Shown: positions 13,953 to 26,803 of the stretch, piece by piece
Numbering within the stretch: the stretch's first letter is position 1
Layout of the letters: every line of letters begins with the position of its first letter
NCBI RefSeq assembly: GCF_006345805.1
Contig: NW_021834293.1
Span: 1-49,600 of the forward strand
DNA from: Octopus sinensis
Lineage: Eukaryota
DNA: 49,600 nt
Reading direction: 5' to 3'
Made by a program: the position numbers and the translations under genes
The notes under the pieces: generated by a model
Databases searched by the model: none
What the model was told of the DNA's origin: nothing
The model's input: the letters and a program-made list of their open reading frames with translations, nothing else

Positions 13953-14264
13953 ATATATATATCTGTCTGTCTGTCTGTCTTACTTTCTTTTTGTCTGCAT
14001 CTATGTATGCATGTCTGTCTGTATGTATGCCTGTCTTTCCATATGCCTAATTATCTGTCGTCTCCCCACTCTTATATCCCCTCATAATCTCCTCTCATTA
14101 TCTCCCCTCATTGTCTTTCATCTCCCTGTCTCTCTCTTCTCACAGGTACATACACACACACACACATACACACACATACACACACATACACACACATACA
14201 CACATACACACATACACACACACATACACACACATATACTTATATACTTTGATACATAGAAATA

Positions 14265-14340
14265 TATATGGTGTGACTGTGTGGTAAGAGGCTTGCTTCC
14301 CAATCACATGGTTCTGGGTTCAATCTCACTGCGTGGCACT
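14265..14340 (+). mobile_element. SINE family A, head only
   Basis: gtgactgtgtggtaagaggcttgcttcccaatcacatggttctgggttcaatctcactgcgtggcac matches the 5' end of 35038. Confidence 0.8.
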
Positions 14341-15424
14341 TCTGCCTTCAAATATTTCTTTCTGTTCTTGAGTTTGATTGTAATTATTTGCTACGGAAGA
14401 GCGAAACGACGAAAAGTCCAATACGTATCGGCGGGATCCACCCCAACTCTACAATAACGTTATAACGTTGTGCACACGGACCTGTCATATACTCAGCTAC
14501 TCACACAGTAATTCTACCATCAGGCAGTTCTCGTGCTCGAAAGATTGATATTTTATGACAGGGACAACTCGATCAAGAACTAAATGTTGTGACAATAAAA
14601 CTTTCAACATTTCACAGAATGAGAAAAATCTCAACATAAATAGACCCAGCATCCAGTAACTTAAGTCTTGTCGGTAACTAAGTAAAAAAGCCGTAAGGGA
14701 CACACCATTAATAACTGTCTAGTTCCACTATAGTTACATCATCGACCATGGAAAATATGAGATGTCTTTCAGTCGCGCGTTGTGCTTATTTCGATAGCGG
14801 ATGGTATTGTTAAACGTTTCTTCATAAACATTTTTGCCGTAAAAAAGATTCGTCGTGAAAAAATTTCCTTTCAAATAACCTCATCACATTTTTTTAATGT
14901 TTAACGTTGAATAAAGATTTCTCTATATAATGATTTTTATAAAATATTTTATGATTCTTTAATATTTAAAAACAAACTAATATAACACGCATTTGTCTTA
15001 CATATTATTTTCTATACGACGAATTTTCCAGACAAAAGTGGAAGGTAAACGGTTACGTCTTCTCTGAGGAGCAGTTAACAAAATGCAAAACAGTCCGACA
15101 GGAGATTCCCTATCTTCTTATAAATATATTGAAAGTGCTGAAGGAATACTTTTACATATATTGGTATTGTCTCTCAGTGATGTGTATGTGGTTAAGAAGA
15201 ACACTTTACTACTACACGGTTTCGGGTTCAGTCCAACTGTGCAGCATCTTGACCAAATAGCTCAAAAAAAATACTGATTAATGTCTCCTGGGTGAATAAA
15301 GTAGAAGGAAACTGTTCGGAAGCTCTTCGTATGGATGTGTGTGTGTGTGTGTGTGTGTGCATGTGTGTGAATACATGTGTTTCTTTCGTACCCGTATTTG
15401 ACACACCACCCTCCACTGCTTGAC

Positions 15425-15673
15425 ATCGCTGGTCACAATGCGTTCGCATTGTTTTAGCCTTCGAATGACGCCACCCCGCTGGCTAAGCGAGCAGGCCAAC
15501 AGAAGAAAGAGTGGGAGAAAGAGTGGTGAAAGTGTACAGCAGAGATCACCACCCCCTGCCGGAGCTTCGTGGAGCTTTTAGGTGTTTTCGCTCAATAAAC
15601 ACTCACAACGCCCGGTCTGGGAATCGAAACCGCGATCCTACGACCGCGAGTCCGCTGCCCTAACCACTGGGCA
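15425..15673 (-). mobile_element. tRNA-headed SINE family C
   Basis: Minus-strand head cccagtggttagggcagcggactcgcggtcgtaggatcgcggtttcgattccc with A and B boxes; shared body ctcaataaacactcac. Confidence 0.9.
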
Positions 15674-15722
15674 CGTGATATATATATATATATATGTAAT
15701 ATAATATATATATATACATACA

Positions 15723-15824
<102 letters not shown>

Positions 15825-15835
15825 ATATATATACG

Positions 15836-16065
15836 AGGGCAGCGAGCTGGCAAAATCGTTAGCACGCCGGGCGAAATGCTTAGCGGTATATCGTTTGCCG
15901 TTACGTTCTGAGTTCAAATTCTGCCTGTCGACTTTGCCTGTCATCCTTTCGGGGTCAATTAAATAAGTACCAGTTACGCACTGGGGTCGATGTAATCGAC
16001 TTAATCACTTTGTCCTTGTTTGTCTCCCCTATGTTTAGCCCCTGTGGGCAATAAAGAAATAAATA
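15836..16065 (+). mobile_element. SINE family B, alternative-tail subfamily, full length
   Basis: Head ggcagcgagctggcaaaatcgttagcacgccgggcg, B box ctgagttcaaattc, tail tgtttagcccctgtgggcaataaagaaataaa. Confidence 0.9.
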
Positions 16066-16751
16066 CACACACACACACATATATATATATACACACACAC
16101 ACACCCTATAGATGCATGAGGGCTCATTTGTATGTAAATATGTATATAGCAACACACACACACATGCAATACGCATACACTCCTGCATATGACTATATGA
16201 GTGTGTGCCTGTACAAGAGGCCATGCTTGTAAAAAAAAATGTGCGTATTAAAATTCTAAGTAGGTGTATAAATAGAGTTTACATCAAAAAGGAACTTACT
16301 GTGAGCTAATAGTCATATTAGCACTCATTAACATTTACACAATGATCAGCGTCTGCAAAACAAACATTAATAAACACATGTTAATAGATAGGTAGGTTTC
16401 CACAATTACGTATAGATGCGCAGGCACACGCACACACGCACACACATGCACGCACACACATGCACGCACACACATGCACGCACACACATGCACGCACACA
16501 CATGCACGCACACACATAGAACGCCTACACATACAGAGAAAATTTAAGATATTTGGAATAAGAGAATATATTTTAATATGTCAGTGTACTGCTATGGAAT
16601 ATTCATACATGACCATAAAGAAAAATATACACGCTCTTAGTTATACAGAAATATACACACGTAAGCCATAAGCATCTGTGTGATTTTTTAATACACACAC
16701 ACACACACACACACATATGTATACATACATATATACTTGTATATATGTATA

Positions 16752-16972
16752 TAGCAGCGGACTCGTGGTTGTAGGATCGTGGTTTCGTTCCCCAGACCGG
16801 TTGTTGTGAGTGTTTATTGAGCGAAAACACCTAAAGCTCCACGAGGCTCTGGCAGGGTGTGGGTGGCGAATCCTGCTGTACTCTTTCGCCGCAACTTCCT
16901 GTTTTTCTTGTACATGTTTTTCAAAGGGCCAGCCTTGTCACACTCTGTGTTACGCTGAATCTCCCCTAGAAC
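16752..16972 (+). mobile_element. SINE family C, both ends truncated
   Basis: gcagcggactcgtggttgtaggatcgtggtttcgttcccagacc...ttcaaagggccagccttgtcacac; homologous to 46068-46411. Confidence 0.85.
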
Positions 16973-17224
16973 ACTCATACGCCATAGAAAACGGGTTAAG
17001 CTTCGGGTAAAGGGCTCCTAGAGCCCATGAGAGACCTCATAATAAACCTACTGCAGGCACAAAACCTGAAATTTGTAAGTTAGTGTGTGTATATATGTGT
17101 TTCTGGAAAACATTGTGATGAAATATTATCAGGCACGAAAAGGGAATTTGATCGTGGGAACGGAAATATATCCACATGTGTGTGTCTGTGAAAAATATAT
17201 TTGATTGAAATGATATATCTACAT

Positions 17225-18597
17225 CGCCACTAGTGTTCTATTAGTACTTATCTTATTGACTCCGAAAGGGTGAAGGGCAATGTCGACCTGGGCGAAATTT
17301 TAACTCAGAATGTAAAGACAGACGAATGGTTGATAAGCATTCTGCCCAGCGCGCTAACGATTCTGCCAGTTCGCTGCTTTGGACCTGATGGTAATAATAA
17401 CATAACACCAATATGAATTTATGTATGAAATTCAGTTTCGATTCTTGGTCATATTCATGTATTTATTAGTTAAAATGAACTTTTCACGTTCTAATCCCTC
17501 CGTAGTACAACAAATTGGTAGTTTCTGTCTGCAAAATAAGGATCCTTTCTATTATAGGCACAAAGGATTGGAATTTTAGGAGAATTTAGGGGAAGGGAAG
17601 TGTCGATTACAACGACCTCCCTGCTCGACTGAATCTTTTTTCATCGACCCCGGAAAGAGGAAAGGCAAATTCAACCTCGACGGTATTTGAACTCAGAACG
17701 TAAACACGAGCGAAATACTGCCAAGCTTTCCGCCCGATGTGCTAACGATTCTTTTCTACTCTAAGCACAAGGCCTGACATTTTAGGGAAAGTGGCAAGTC
17801 GATTACATCGACCCCAGTGCGTAACTGGTACTTATTTAATCGACTCCGAAAGGATGAAAAGCAAAGTCGACATCGGCGGAATTTGAACTCAGAACGTAGC
17901 GGCATATGAAATACTGCTAAGCATTTCGCCCGGCGTGCTAACGATTCTGTCAGCTCACCGGCTTTCTTTGCAAAATCAATAAGGATTCCTAATTTTTGTA
18001 TCCAGCAATTTTTGTATCCAGCAAAATCGACTCCAATGCATAACTGGTACTTATTTTATCCACCTCGAAAAGATGAAAGACAAAGTCGAGCTCGGTGGAA
18101 TTTGAACTCAGAACGTAGCGGCGGGCGAAATAGCGCTAAGCATTTCGTCCAGAGTGCTAACGGATTTACCAGGCCACCACCTTTGTCTGAAAAATAATAA
18201 TTATGTCAAATTTTTACCACAAGAGCAGCTTGGGGGAGGTGGGGATGAGTCGATTATATCGACTCCAGGTTTCACCCGGTAATTATTTTATCGACCCCGA
18301 AAGGATGAAAGGCAAAGTCGACCTCGGCGGAATTTGAACTCAGAATATACGACGGGCGAAATACCTATTTTTTTACTACCCACCAGGGGCTAAACACAGA
18401 GAGGACAAACAAGGACAGTAAAACGCATTAAGTCGATTATATCGACCCCAGTGCGTAACTGGTACTTATTTAATCGGCCCCGAAAGGATGAAAGGCAAAG
18501 TCGACCTCAGCGGAATTTGAACTCAGAATATAACGACGGGCGAAATACCTCTCAGCACTTCGCCCGGCGTACGAATGGTTCTGCCAGTCCATAGCCT
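17225..18597 (-). mobile_element. Cluster of six co-oriented family-B SINE copies
   Basis: Copies at about 17225-17380, 17543-17748, 17749-17962, 18015-18182, 18205-18368 and 18370-18597. Confidence 0.9.
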
Positions 18598-18904
18598 TTC
18601 TCTGCAAAATAATAATAGAACCAGCATTTGAAACTTGATGACATATTGACTATGCATGAAACTTCCAAGAATTTTCACGTCGAAAACAAGATCGTTCTTT
18701 TCTGGGTCTCAGTTTCACTTATCATTGAACCGCCCTGAAAGTTCATTCAAGGACATGTTACATGGCTTAGCAACGGAAAACTAAAAAGGGGTCGTTAAAG
18801 TCCGAAAGTCCACGATGTTTCTACAATGCTGCAAATACAATGAATAAATTTTGACTCGATAAATATGATTAACTAAATTGATCCTTAAGAACAGTAAATA
18901 TTTA

Positions 18905-19044
18905 CTATGTGGTAAAATGTTTGCTTCCGGGTGGGGTCCCATTGCATGGCACCTAAGACAAGTATCTTCTACTATTACCTCGGGCTGTTCGACAACTTGT
19001 AAGTGAATATGGTATACGGAAACAGAAAACCTGTCATACATGTC

Positions 19045-19140
<96 letters not shown>

Positions 19141-19410
19141 CTTTATTTATATATATATATGGGGAGAATCAATCTTCGTTTGTGTGTGTGTTGTGTGTGC
19201 ACGCGTGAGTGAGTTAGTTTGTGCCTCTGTGTGTCTTTATGTTGGTGTTCGTATCCTAACACCCAGAAAAGCTTAGCTATTCGACAAAAGAAACCGACAG
19301 GATATATACCTGGCTTAAAACTTAAGCAATTGGTTCAATTCGTTCTACTAAAATTTAAGGCGGTGCTACAGCATGGCCGCAGTCTAATGACTGAAACAAG
19401 TAAAAGGTAT
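18905..19410 (+). mobile_element. SINE family A, degraded, with expanded internal microsatellite
   Basis: ttccgggtggggtcccattgcatggcacctaagacaagtatcttctact at the 5' side; gcggtgctacagcatggccgcagtctaatgactgaaacaagtaaaag at the 3' side. Confidence 0.75.
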
Positions 19411-19639
19411 ATAAGTTTTATGCGTATATATATGTACATATATATATATATGTATATACATATATATATGTATCTATAAATATATACATACATATATATA
19501 TACATATATATACATATATATATATTGAGAGAGAGAGAGAGAGAGAGTAAGAGAGAGTGAGTGAGTGAGTGAGTGAAAGAGATTGATAAAAGATATAGAT
19601 AGATACGTATATATGAATACATTTATGTATGCATATATG

Positions 19640-19673
<34 letters not shown>

Positions 19674-19863
19674 ATAATAATAAATATTAGGGAATAAATC
19701 CAAATTTACAGGGAAAATCAGATTTAGGATTGAATCCAATTTTATAGTAAAATATTATATAATATTAATTAGAGACAAAACCACTATTTTGCAAATCAAA
19801 CAAAGAAAGACTTAATCCAATACATAAAAAAATTTTAATATAAATTAAATAAAATTGTATTCG

Positions 19864-19909
19864 CCACTACAATTGTTTCACGTCTCTTCTCAGGACATTC
19901 ATCAGGTGG
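19864..19909 (-). ncRNA. Minimal type I hammerhead ribozyme motif
   Basis: Minus strand: CCAC-CUGAUGA-AUGUC(CUGAGAAGA)GACGU-GAAA-CAAUUG-UA-GUGG. 4-bp stem I, canonical core, palindromic stem III (ACAAUUGU), GUA triplet. Confidence 0.8.
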
Positions 19910-21006
19910 ATTTCAGATCTAAAAATAATCAATATTTTTAAGATATAAATTTAAAATGACTAAAACTATAAATAATATAAATTTATCAATGAAAATATAT
20001 ATATATATATCTAATCTATATATAATCAAGAACTAAATTAACCTCTATAAACAATTGAATATAAAGAAACCTAGTATTTAAGTTCTCATATTTAAAGATG
20101 AATAATCTAATTTCAAAAAACAAAAATAAATAAAATGTATAAACACACATGCTCATACACATATATCTAATTATATATATAAACATATTTAAATACATAC
20201 AGTAACTCACACACCCGTATATATATCTCTATACATACACATAAACATCTAGGCAATGATAAATTAATAAATTAGCCGTATACTTAAACACATTACTTAT
20301 TCGTACTCCCACACACACACATACAACCCTCATTCATAAACACACTCACTCTGCATGACAACCACACATCCAGCATCCGCAAATACTCAACCACAACAAC
20401 AGAAACATTTCATTCTTAGCAATAAACTACCGAATACCGTATACCACATATATACATCACCATACATAAATACTTAAAACAAACACACACATATTCCAAA
20501 TACCACATGCATACAACAAACATACACAAATACTCAAACAAACACACACACACACACACATTCACACATACATAAACACTCAAAAGAAAACAACTTTTCT
20601 ACACATAAACAATGCACACCCCCCACACACACACAATCACTCACACACAACACCACTCTCACCGCCACACCAACACAGAGGAGTAACAAATTCAGCAGAT
20701 ACATACATTCAGCCACACACATGTATATATATATATACATATATGCATACATAAATGTATTCATATATACGTATCTATCTATATCTTTTATCAATCTCTT
20801 TCACTCACTCACTCACTCACTCTCTCTTACTCTCTCTCTCTCTCTCTCTCTCTCAATATATATATATATGTATGTATGCCTGTGTGTATGTGTGTATCCA
20901 CACGAACCAAACGCGATCACACGTACGTAGATGAATTTCACAGTGTAAATATTTGATGATGTTCATGATAATTATACGCATATCAAAATATTCATTCCTC
21001 GCATTT

Positions 21007-21039
<33 letters not shown>

Positions 21040-21226
21040 CATACATATATATATTTATATATAATAGTGTGTCTTCGTGTCTAAAGTCCGATGGAATCAT
21101 GTGTATCTATAAGGTATACTGTCCATGTGTGTATAAACTGTTTTTTATGTATAAATATATATATTTATGCATATTTGTTTATATATACATGCATGTATGC
21201 GCACACATACACATACGTATATATCT

Positions 21227-21271
<45 letters not shown>

Positions 21272-22029
21272 ATACTGATAATTTTGGTGAAGCGTCGAAC
21301 CAGCTTGGGATACCTATATCATATGGCGATAACACCTCCCTCCCAAACGTACGTACCTTATCAGGTATGCAAACTTCAGGCAACTAGATCTACGGAGCTT
21401 TTAAACTCACACATACACTCACAAACGTACACACAGAAACTACACTGATGATATTAGAAACATCGAGATAGACGTGCCTAGGGTGTGTACTTGAAGAACA
21501 CGTAATAGTACATTTATGGTCACTCCTCAAAACACACAAGCCGACTATTATGGTGGAACAACACCCGCACTGCCATCGCCCAACCACCCAGCACCACCAC
21601 CACCAACAACAACCACAACACCATAACCGTCTCTTTCACCACCACCATTTCGCCGCTGCCGGCGATGCCGCCGCCTTCATCAACCGCCATGACTAAGATG
21701 TTAAATAATCGCCTATTAATATATATAAGTTCCTTAGATAATATATGAATACGAATAGTGTTGATTTAGTTATTATTATGCATTGTATTATCAGGGTGGG
21801 GTATTTAACTGAGATTGTTATGAAAATAGGCACTTAATATGTGTGAGCGTGTCTATGTGTATATATTTCCATGTGCACATGCTTGTATGTGTTTATATGT
21901 GTTTGTGTGTGAGTGTGGTGTGTCTGTGTGTGTCTGAGTATTAATGTGGGCATTTTTATATATACATATTTACAATTGTATGTGTAGATATACATTCATA
22001 TATATATATATATATAAAATTGTGTGCGC

Positions 22030-22070
<41 letters not shown>

Positions 22071-22161
22071 CATGTATGTATATATACATATATACCTATA
22101 CGCACAAAAAATATATATATAAATATATGTTGTTGTATATTTATGTGTGTGTGTATATATT

Positions 22162-22227
<66 letters not shown>

Positions 22228-22777
22228 TGTACATGTGTATGTATTCTTATATATATGTGTATATACACATATGCATAGGTGTTTGTATATGTGTGCGTGC
22301 ATATGTCTGTGTGTGCGTGTGTTTATAAACGATCTATTAGTATATCAACTTCATAGGAAAGGCGGTATATTTAATTACTTTTCCTTTGGTGGCCCTACCT
22401 CTTAAGAATATATGTATATATATTCATAAAAGATACTTCATTTTGTAAACACTACAAGCATTTTACTGTTAGGAACAGAATATACTGCTGCTCCCAGACT
22501 GGAACGGAGATGCTGCTGTTTCAGTAAGATATCGTAAGTTGTATCCGAAGCTAGTCCGCTCACATTAATGGGATGATGTCGCTCACAAAGAGACTCCTCT
22601 CTCCGGCCTTCCTAGATCTTTGTCCTATCGTAATTTCTCTTCTGTTACTACCGCGGGCACTCGACATTAGACAAGAGCTCTCTCGTACCATCTCTACTTA
22701 TGAACTAATAACCATATTTCTGTTATCGGCCATGTAGAATCCACAAAATAGTTAATGCTCAATCAGGAGTTCAAGTC

Positions 22778-22915
22778 GTGGTTGCTTTGTGGGGCTGTGT
22801 GTGCCTTAATATCCCCGTGAGAGTTATGCCAGTGGTGCACAAGCTACAGGTAGAATCTCCCATGCTGGAAAGTTAAAAGCCATGGGGTCACACGCTGGAG
22901 ACATTCCTGGTTCAA
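22778..22915 (+). mobile_element. Possible decayed RTE-clade 5' UTR fragment
   Basis: gtggggctgtgtgtgccttaatatccccgtgagagttatgccagtgg...aggtagaatctcccatgctgga resembles recalled RTE (Expander/Rex3-type) 5' leaders; no ORF support. Confidence 0.35.
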
Positions 22916-23097
22916 TTTAACCAATCGATCGATTGATTGTTTCGATACATATATTAAACAATCGTTGCGATGTCATATTTATGTATATATGTATATGTAT
23001 GCATATATATAATTAAGATTCAGTTGAATTAGGTACTTAAATTGAAGAACAAAGCCTATGAACACAGCCACGCCTGCACATATATGTATGTCTAAAT

Positions 23098-23771
23098 ATT
23101 CTTTTCTAATCTAGGCACAAGGCCCGAACTTCTGTGGTAGGGACCAGTCGATTATATCGACCCTTGTATGCAACTGGTACTTAATTTATCGACCCCGAAA
23201 GAATGAAAGACAATGTCGACCTCGGCGGAATTTGAAATCAGAACGTAAAGACAGAATGAAATACTGCTTAGCATTTCGCCCGGCGTGCTAACGAGTCTGC
23301 CAGCTCGCCGCCTTAGCACTACCAAATATTCTTTTCTACTCTAGGCACAAAACCTGAAATTTGGGGAGAGCGGGCCAATCGATTAGATCGACCCTAGTAC
23401 GCAACTGGTACTTAATTTATCGACCCCGAAAGGATGAAAAGCAAAGTCGACCTCGGCGGAATTTGAACTCAGAACGTAAGACAGACGAAATACTGCTAAA
23501 CATTTCGCCCGGCGTGCTAACCTTTCTGCCAGTTCGCCGCCTTTTATGTATGTCTAAATATTTATTTTTTTTTATTGCCTACAGGAGGCTAAACATAGAG
23601 GGAACAAACAAGGACAGACAAAGGTATTAAATCGATCACATCGACCCCAGTGCATAACTGGTACTTATTTAATCGACCCCGAAATGGTGAAAGGCAAAGT
23701 CGACCTCAGTGGAATTTGAACTCAGAACGTAACGGCAGACGAAATACCGCATTTCGCCAGCTCACCGCCTT
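23098..23771 (-). mobile_element. Three stacked family-B SINEs
   Basis: Copies at 23098-23314, 23328-23543 and 23563-23771. tgtatgtctaaatatt occurs at 23085, 23547 and 23772 (TSD-like). Confidence 0.95.
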
Positions 23772-24142
23772 TGTATGTCTAAATATTACAGTCAACATGT
23801 ATTTTAGAGTGCGCATGTACTGATGAATGAGCAGAAATGTTAGTGACGTCACTTCAAATGTTTTTGACGATTTTTATTGTGGGAGGCGGAGTTGGCAAAA
23901 TAGATTTTTGATGTTACTGTTCTGGATTTGTCTTGTTTTGTTGGTAAAGTTTGATTGAGTTTTATGTTGTGTACGTGATAAAGCCGATCTTTCCAAACAG
24001 TTGTGCATATTGTAAACTGTAGCCGTCGGATGGATCCATCAATCTTATGGTTCAGCCTATGTTTGTACGTGTTAATACATTCAGATAACCTATCTGCCTA
24101 TTGCATATCGATATGTGTGTTTACACTTCTATCTATCTATCA

Positions 24143-24257
<115 letters not shown>

Positions 24258-24390
24258 CCATCTATCTATCGATCTAACTATCTATCTATCTATCTATTTA
24301 TCTATCTATCTAACTATCTAGTTTACTGAAACAAGTAAAATAGTAAAGAGTTTATACACACACACACATACACACACACATACATATATA

Positions 24391-25800
24391 TGCCTCGGCC
24401 CCTGTTCTTGCGACCCTAATAATGGGTAATTTTGAATTCACCTTATATGAAGTATCACTTAAGGAATATGGTTACCCATTTTACATAAGAGAAAATTGGA
24501 AAAGATACCTGGATGACTGTTTTATCATTTGGAAGGAGAACATCGACAAACTTTTGAATTTCAAATCAACACTAAATGATATAAGTAGTAGCATTCAATT
24601 CCCATTTTTAGACATCCTAATAATAAATGTTAACAATCAAATCATAACTGACATCTATTATAAACCAACTGACTCAAAACAATATCTCCTCTTTAGCTCA
24701 TGCCACCTGAAACACATCAAAATAAACATCCCTTTCAATTTGGCAAAAAAGATTTGCACAATAGTGTCTGATAGAACAACTCGGGACCTTCGTCTTCAAG
24801 ACCTCAAAACAACTCTTACTGAAAGACAATATCCACCCTCACTTATAGACGAGGGAACTAAACGTGCCAAAAGATTAGACATAAAACACTAAGAACAACA
24901 AATCATAACACCACACCTCATCTGATAACACCACTATTTATATCAACACACAACTCCAGAAACAGTGAGGCATTCAATACTATTGTGCAAAATCTTCCTT
25001 TACTAACAAGAGATTCAAAAATGAACGGCATCCTGGAAACGCATAAACTTATCAAATGCAAAAACCAAAACAAATCGCTAAAGATACTACTACCAAATGC
25101 GAAGCGTTACAAAACAACCGCGAAACCAACGGTTAAAAAATGTGGACGCCCAAACTTACTTGGAGGCTCGGATTTCCTATTCAAACAAGGGCAGAGTTTC
25201 ACAATTAAACTAGTTTCACTTGTGCCTCTGAGAACCTAATTTATGTAATAACCTGGTAGTTGTGACACAACTATATTAGACAGACGAGTAAGACCTTGAG
25301 AAAGAGAACCACTTTACATAAAGAGCAAATCCGTTTAACGCAATAAAGGCAAATTCCTCTCAGTGAACATATAGAAAAATGTGCAGATAACATCAAACCA
25401 AATTTCACAGTCTTCCCCTTCTACCAGTGCAAAGACAAAATTTCTCCACCAGAACTTTAAATAAACTTGTTTCATTGAAAAATACAGAACATGTCTTAAT
25501 ATGCACGCATAACCAACTTTTATCTTTTTACATATTTCAATTCACGATTGTCGAAACCTTTTTTTTGTGTGTGTACATATATATTCATCTCTCCTTACCG
25601 AAAGCTGAACAGTTATCTCTCTTGCTCACAACAATAATAATAACGATAACCAGTTACCTCTCCTTATTTTTCTACTCGTGAAGTCGTAAATGTCATCACA
25701 CGCAACATGGACAAAAATTTCTTCTTAACAAAATACATATTCAAATAAGTAAACCATAATATCATGAATAGCGAAAGTGAAACCGGTCGATATATTAAAA
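24391..25800 (+). mobile_element. Penelope-like retroelement (RT plus GIY-YIG endonuclease), 5'-truncated and decayed
   Basis: APVLATLIMGNFE, WKRYLDDCFIIW, PFLDILI, TDIYYKPTDSKQYLLFSSCH and IKINIPFNLA are PLE RT motifs. Around 25230-25335 it reads ENLIYVIT...YIRQTSKTLRKRTTLHKEQI (decayed GIY-YIG). Stops and frameshifts; hammerhead-like motif at the 3' end. Confidence 0.9.
25759..25793 (+). ncRNA. Minimal type I hammerhead variant with A3/U8 core
   Basis: AUAUC-AUGAAUA-GC(GAAA)GU-GAAA-CCGG-UC-GAUAU. 5-bp stem I, 2-bp stem II with GNRA loop, palindromic stem III (ACCGGU), GUC triplet; sense to the PLE ORF. Confidence 0.6.
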
Positions 25801-25907
25801 ATTATATCAAAACTATGTGAAGTGTGTGTATTTTCCTTTTTTAATTTTTTATATATATCACAATTCACCACGTGCAGATAATCGAAATTTCTCCTTTTCT
25901 GTTACTA

Positions 25908-25943
<36 letters not shown>

Positions 25944-26654
25944 ATATATATACACAACACACAAATCTCAGCAACAGGCCCAGACGGACTCCCGGCTCCC
26001 TTTCACCCTTCCTTTTCTATTACTCCTCCGCCTCCCCCTCCTCCCTCTCGTCGCTGACATATGACCAGAGGGTTACTTTCTTTCTGACTACTGCCTTCAA
26101 CAAGTGTAGACGTCTTTCCTGTCCCTCTCTTAAGCTGATCTCTCAAAGCGTTCAAAATATTTTTCTCTTTTGTTTCGGCTTAAAAGCCGTTACCGTTTGT
26201 TTTTACTGTGTTATTCTCCTTGTCCTGTCTTTAACTGTTTTTATTTGTATTGTTTTTACTGTCTTGGTTTGTTTTTACTATCCAGTTCTTGTTACTAGTT
26301 TTACCCCTCCGCAAAAAATCCCAAATTTTATTTAATTTGCTTTGCGGGAAGGACTGTTTCAAAGAAGTCATGTCTTGCCCTTACCTTCGAAACACGGAGT
26401 AGACGAGGCAAGGGCAGCTGAAGAAGGGGAATATTCCTTGTGTTGTATGTCTCGTACTCTGTTTTTTCGTTGTTTGAAAAAAGTCCGTTTCCATGGCTTT
26501 GTTTTTATGTTTTCGTTTCTCATTGTGTTCAACGTTTTTTTTTTTTGGTGTCCTGTACCCATATATGCATGTATATATACATATAGATGTAGGTATGTAC
26601 ATATATGTATGTATGCATATGTTTTATTTATTATTTTGTATATATATATACTTT

Positions 26655-26803
26655 ACTAAAAGAAGCAGAAACTCACAAAAACTGTTACTCAGTGTTTCAC
26701 GTTCCTGTCCTAGGACAGTTTCGTTAGATTCTAACAAGACCGACCGACTAACGGGATCGTGAAACTCTGAGTACACTTTTAGTTCTTTTCTACTACTTTT
26801 AGT
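26655..26803. mobile_element. ~150-bp imperfect palindrome (fold-back/MITE-like)
   Basis: actcagtgtttcacgttcc (26687-26705) pairs with ggatcgtgaaactctgagt (26754-26772); symmetry extends out to actaaaag/cttttagt and in to gttag-att-ctaac. Confidence 0.7.

Noticed and set aside
14497-14703. 68-aa minus-strand ORF in unique sequence
   Set aside because: Chance length, no recognisable motif or exon boundaries; a small exon cannot be fully excluded without RNA data.
22480-22740. Possible LINE endonuclease start (NVSGL)
   Set aside because: Only a short motif match; frames are interrupted and other APE motifs are absent.
23817-23845. CTGATGA...GAAA hammerhead-like string
   Set aside because: Stem II is at most 2 bp, stem I does not pair and stem III is not palindromic.
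26380-26445. CTGAAGA plus hairpin
   Set aside because: No GAAA or NUH in the right order downstream.
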